Source: the human T2T-CHM13v2.0 reference genome, Homo sapiens. Taken from it: a stretch of DNA of 64,000 nt. The notes beneath the pieces are model-generated. The model saw only the letters and a list, made by a program, of their open reading frames with translations, ran no database searches and was not told where the DNA came from. Location of the stretch: assembly GCF_009914755.1 (NCBI RefSeq), contig NC_060935.1; one strand, given 5' to 3'. This document shows positions 51,595 through 64,000 of this stretch, piece after piece; position 1 is the first letter of the stretch; every line of letters starts with the position of its first letter. The position numbers and the translations under genes are program-made.

Positions 51595-52041
51595 GTAAGT
51601 ATTAGTACTATCCTGACCCTTAGCCAATTTCAAATTAGCATACTGCTCTGCAAAAGCTATCAGGGCTTCTGTTGTACATCCTAATGTAGGTGGACCCAGG
51701 GGTATCCTGGTAGCTCTTTATTTTCACTTTGACTCTACCTGCCTTCATGGGCAATTCCTGTTAAGAGACTGAAGATTAATACTTTTTCCATAATGCTATC
51801 TTCCTAAAAGTATTTGCTTGGGAGTAAGTACATGTGATAGCTGTTACTAGAGAGTAGTAGTACATAGGAGAGATTGGGAATCAGGCTTATTTTAAGCAGG
51901 GCAATAAAGGGGAATGTTTGGGTAAGAAAGTATGGATATAGAAAAGAACATCATTTTTTTCTCTGAACCTTTGAAACTGTCTCCCTTTCCAATGTTTTCT
52001 GTCCCATTTCCTGACACCTACGTCTTGTCTCTTCTTTCCAG

Positions 52042-52207
52042 AGATGAAGTACAGCTGAAGACCACCTACAGCAAATCCAACGGGCAGCCCAAGAGCTTAG
52101 GCTCAGCCTCCCCTGGCCCAGGCCAGCCACCTCTCAGTAGCCCCACGAGGGGAGGAGTCAAGAAGGTGTCAGGGGTTGGTGGTACCACCTATGAGATTTC
52201 GGTGTGA
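52042..52207 (+). CDS. ZDHHC5: ZDHHC5 exon 12 coding part, ending in the PDZ ligand YEISV*
   Basis: TTTCCAG| acceptor; total CDS 2148 nt = 715 aa + stop. Confidence 0.96.
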
Positions 52208-53337
52208 GCCTTCGGCACCTCCCCTCCCCAACGCCTCTGCGCCTACACCAAAGGGCCCCAGGTGGCCACCTTCCTTCCCTCAAGGGGCTCCCCTCCCGTG
52301 CATGGACATTTTTTAAACCACCGATTCCAAGAGGATGAGGAGTGTTTTCTAAAATGCAGTAGGCTTGGGGAGTCGGAGAGTTGGGGCCCTGAGACTGGGG
52401 TAGCAACCCCCCCTTTTATCTTTTAAGACCTTCCCTTCCTTGATCCCTGGACCAGACTCAGTGGACATTTGTGCAATTGCTCGCCCTGGAGGGAACCAGA
52501 TCATTTTTAAACCAGAAATAATTTTTTTTATTATTGTTACGGATTCTATTTTTTTCCTCTTCTGCGTTACCAGGTGTGTGTGTACATATAATATATATAT
52601 ATATATATATTATAAATATCAAAGAAATTATATATCTATCCTGGGATGGGAAAATGAGGGAGGGATACATATACGGAGGGGGATCTTACTCTTCCCATTC
52701 CTCAGACCAGCAGGAAAAGAGGGGAGACGTCAGTCTTTTTCCTGTGGTTCCCTCTCATTTGTCCCAGTTACTAACTACGGAAATAGCATCCTCTGCTGGT
52801 GCTAAGTGTGATTAGGAAGAAGCCTGGGGAGAGGCGAGTCTGGAATTTTGGTCACAAGAGGGAAGGACTTGGAGAGGAGAATTAGTTTTCTAGGCTCATT
52901 GGCATTTAGTTTCCCTAGGAAAGGGGTCAAAACTTCAAGACACTGGTGGTGGTGGGAGATCAGGAAAATAACTTGGCCTAGCTCAAACAATATTGGATAA
53001 TCCCCTCCTTGGGGGAGAGGGATTAGAGTGTGCTCCTACTGGCCCCTTGGAGCCTCCCCTAGCTTACACAGTTAACTTGATTTTAAAATCCAAGGCCAGG
53101 AGAGAAGAATCCAAAAAGCAATATTTTTCATCACATGCCAAAAACGGGGGATAGAGAGAAGGAGTGGCAGGCCTAGGCCCCTCCGATTGTCCCTTGGGGG
53201 TTACCCCTCAGCCCACCTCACTATGGTGCTGGGTAGAGGGGATACCTGGGTTCTAACCTCTAAATAGGGGAGATCCCAGCCTCCACAAAGAGGCCCTTTT
53301 ATTTTTTATTCTGATTAGCCATTTTAAACCAACGAGG

Positions 53338-53343
53338 AATAAA
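53338..53343 (+). terminator. ZDHHC5: ZDHHC5 polyadenylation signal (3' UTR ~52208-53365)
   Basis: AATAAA followed ~30 nt later by the GU-rich TTGTGTTATTTTGTCT. Confidence 0.85.
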
Positions 53344-53522
53344 AAGAAATCCTGATCTAACCAGCGCCCCCTGACTTGTGTTATTTTGTCTGGTTGAGAC
53401 AGGGTGAACGATCTCTGGTGGGAAGTTATCAGTGACAACCTCATAAACTTCTCTGGTCCCAGCCCATCTTTAGGCAAGACTATAATGAAATTAGCCACTT
53501 AACAACTAAAAAAATAAAAAAG

Positions 53523-55155
<1,633 letters not shown>

Positions 55156-56214
55156 TTATTCTGAAATCCTGGATTTAAACCAGCTGAATGAGTGGTTTTC
55201 CACCCACTGATTCAGGAACAACCTTGGCTTTCACGGCAACAGATTTTAACTGTGTTAAATTTAAAGTCAGATTACATTAATTCAGGTTTTCTCATGGATG
55301 TTTTCAGTTACCTAACCAGCTGGAAAAACTAAAAGTGTTTTTTGTTTTTGTTTTTCACATTTTGATGGTTTAGGCTACATTTTGTTGCTGTTTTAGAAAT
55401 GTTTTCACATCAGCTAAATAACTTTATTGTCTTAACTAAGGACCGAAGCAGGTCAAAAGTTCTTGTAAAGAGAAGGGAAGCTTTACCTTTGCTTGCCAGA
55501 AGTTCATCTCAAAAGATCACAGGCTTCTGACCTAAAGAACCAATCTTGCTGAAACACATGGGTGACTGTCCATGTGTTTTCAGTTGGCTATTCTCTTTCG
55601 ACACAAAATTGACCTAGAATACACTGTTGAGCCCTACCTGGATCAGCTCTTCAGATGGAGCCTGAGATCACCGAGGCGCTTGGTTCTCAACATAATGGGC
55701 AGAGTGTTACGTGTCTGCTGTGGAGTATTAGTAAGCTTGGGTCACTTTTCATTTTGGTTGGTTCCCTGCCTGCTAGTGAGATCATGTAATGACAAGACCC
55801 AAATCCCCTCAAGTCTTAGGAATGCCTTGTCTTAAATCCTGATTCACAGAAAGGCACATACCTCTTAACAGGCAGTCACACTTCAGCCAGTTTGATAAAT
55901 GTAATTTTTTTTTTTTTAAAGAAAACACAGAACAAGTCCTAAATCAGACAAATTGCACAAAAGAGAGAGAAGAAAATTGTAAGCTTCCTGGGAGAGGAAG
56001 AGATGTCCATGAGAAAACCAACTGGGATGAGCCTACAAAAGCATGTCCCTCTCTCTCCTAATTTACTTAGTCTCAACTGAGCCCAACAGGAGCTGGCCTC
56101 TGTCCCAGCTGCAGGATGCTCCCAAGGCAGTGTCCAAGAGCCTGGAAGGCAGCTTTTATCAGCAGGTTCAGTACAGCAGGAAAAGCCATCCTGGCAAAGA
56201 GTCCAGTGGTCCTA

Positions 56215-56283
56215 TTAGCGTAGGCTGCTGCTGCTGCTGGCCTGGGAGCTGCCCATACCTGGGTGGTCTGGACTATGTCGATT
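56215..56283 (-). CDS. MED19: MED19 last coding exon (NRHSPDHPGMGSSQASSSSSLR*)
   Basis: Minus acceptor CCCCCAG|AAT; TAA followed by TAG. Confidence 0.93.
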   Translation of the reverse strand, partial: NRHSPDHPGMGSSQASSSSSLR

Positions 56284-56478
56284 CTGGGGGAGAAAGAAGC
56301 AGGGTAAGAACAACTAGGAACTAGCCTTGGCTTTGATCAGGCTGTACAGGAGAAACCTGCAACCTGCCTTGGGTTTTCAATCTTGGGTCCAACTTGAGGC
56401 AAAGAACTCTAGGGTATTTAGGACAGGGGTGAGATCTGGGGAAACTCACTGGGTTGTGGCAATAGGCCTCTACTCTAC

Positions 56479-56573
56479 CTTCTTTTTCTTCTTCTCTTTC
56501 TTCTTCCTTTTCCGTTCAGGATCCTCTTCTTTTTTCTTTTTCTTCTTCTTGTGATCTGAATCAGATGGTGTTT
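56479..56573 (-). CDS. MED19: MED19 exon 4, lysine-rich (ETPSDSDHKKKKKKKEEDPERKRKKKEKKKKK)
   Basis: CTACAG| acceptor, AAG|GTAGAG donor; 95 nt. Confidence 0.93.
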
Positions 56574-56895
56574 CTGTAGGAGACATTAGGTACCTATCAC
56601 CTGTAAAGCTCAAAATCCTCTACTGTTATGAACCACTGAAGACTACAGGAAAATCCCAAGTCGGGGCAACTGCTTTTGTCCAAATGGCCAGAAAGGATAC
56701 AGAGGTGCTGCTAGAGTCCCTGTCCCAAGTCCCAAGAGACCACAGTACATTGGTTTCTTCTTCAGGGGAATTTAGGAGTCCAGAGCTCCATACGGAACTT
56801 AACTGGGTTTACCTATGGAAGTTCAAACCAGATTCAGAAGGTCAGGTTTTTTTTTTTTTTTTTTTTTTTTTGCTTTGAATAGAACTGCTTCTTAC

Positions 56896-56992
56896 CTGGG
56901 GGGACAGGATCCTGGGTACGGCTCTGTTTGTGCTTGTGCTTATTCTTCTTCTTGGGAGGCTGAATATGCATCAGACGACACTGCTCCGGCAA
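56896..56992 (-). CDS. MED19: MED19 exon 3 (LPEQCRLMHIQPPKKKNKHKHKQSRTQDPVPP)
   Basis: TTCAG| acceptor, CAG|GTAAGA donor; 97 nt. Confidence 0.95.
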
Positions 56993-57149
56993 CTGAAGGA
57001 ACCAAAGGAAGGTCCAGGTGAGTAGAGGGAGGAAATCTCTCCTGCTCTTATCATCCATTCTGCTCCATTATGAAGGAACAGACTTGGAGAGAAAAACCAT
57101 CTCCATGTTTAGGCCTCCCCATTTGCCTTCTTCCTCCAACAGGACTCAC

Positions 57150-57406
57150 CGGGCCAGTGTGGAGGCGGAAGCCGGCCAGCATGGTCCCTGTGATAGGATT
57201 GAAAGAGCTACTGAGAATAGGGGGCTTCTCAATGAGAGAGCGGAGGCTGCTGTTATCATGGGAACCAGGCAGATCAATCATCCCTGGCAGGTCAGGCAGG
57301 AAGTTACTTAGCTTCTCCTTCACCTTCTTCCCACAGAATTTATTATAGGCTTGTTCCAAGTTGTAGTGTGTGATCAGATTCGTGCTGCCTGTCAGCTCTG
57401 TGCTAC
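57150..57406 (-). CDS. MED19: MED19 exon 2, Med19 domain (GSTELTGSTNLITHYNLEQAYNKFCGKKVKEKLSNFLPDLPG..LHTGP)
   Basis: CTAG|GT acceptor, CCG|GTGAGT donor; 257 nt; exon 1 is outside the window. Confidence 0.96.
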
Positions 57407-57546
57407 CTAGACAACGCAGAATAAAAATAAAAAAGATCAGTCTTCAAAGTAGACCCAGGGAGTGAAGGACTATATATTAACCTAAATAAGACATTTTTTA
57501 AGTGCAGATTTTAAAATTTAAAATTTATTTTTAAAGAAACAGAGCA

Positions 57547-63830
<6,284 letters not shown>

Positions 63831-63930
63831 CTAGGTCATTTTTTAGAGAGACATAAACCAGTGTCAGGGACACAGCCTGGACATGGTGCAAAAGACAGTA
63901 ACGGAGATGCACTACGCCCCTGCCCGCCAT

Positions 63931-63980
63931 TCATCCCTTTGGTTGAATTCAACTCATCCTGGTTGAATTCAAGTCATCCC
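63931..63980. repeat. 20-bp tandem duplication containing the palindrome GTTGAATTCAAC
   Basis: TGGTTGAATTCAA(C/G)TCATCC twice; 12-bp palindrome at 63942-63953. Confidence 0.8.
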
Positions 63981-64000
63981 TCTGCTTGTGAATCCTAACA

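Overview
Primate (human-like) genomic DNA, extremely Alu-rich. From the proteins and gene order I recognise it as the YPEL4-CLP1-ZDHHC5-MED19(-TMX2) locus (human 11q12.1, from recall). It holds the probable non-coding 5' exon and promoter of YPEL4 (-); the complete CLP1 gene (+, 3 exons, 425 aa RNA 5'-kinase); the complete ZDHHC5 gene (+, 12 exons, 715 aa DHHC palmitoyltransferase); and MED19 exons 2-5 (-), with exon 1 beyond the window end. Exon lengths and phases were added by hand and give open frames. Repeats: a HERV-L dUTPase fragment with an MLT2A-type LTR, two L1PA 3' ends, a MER1-type hAT element, dozens of Alus, MIR/L2 relics and an ENY2 retrocopy fragment. I found no new protein-coding gene; most long ORFs are Alu or antisense artefacts. 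The best leads are in RNA processing: (1) ZDHHC5 exon 2 is a 1174-nt, uORF-rich, start-codon exon that rebuilds a strong 5' splice site at its own 5' end (RS-exon); (2) ZDHHC5 has a U12-type intron just after the DHHC exon; (3) an internal in-frame CLP1 donor has the PCH10 R140H base as its +5 G; (4) an L1 3'-transduction sits in ZDHHC5 intron 6; (5) a ~60-bp Alu-flanking duplication triplicates a TCACGTGA box; (6) a MED19 alternative acceptor removes the lysine-rich tail.
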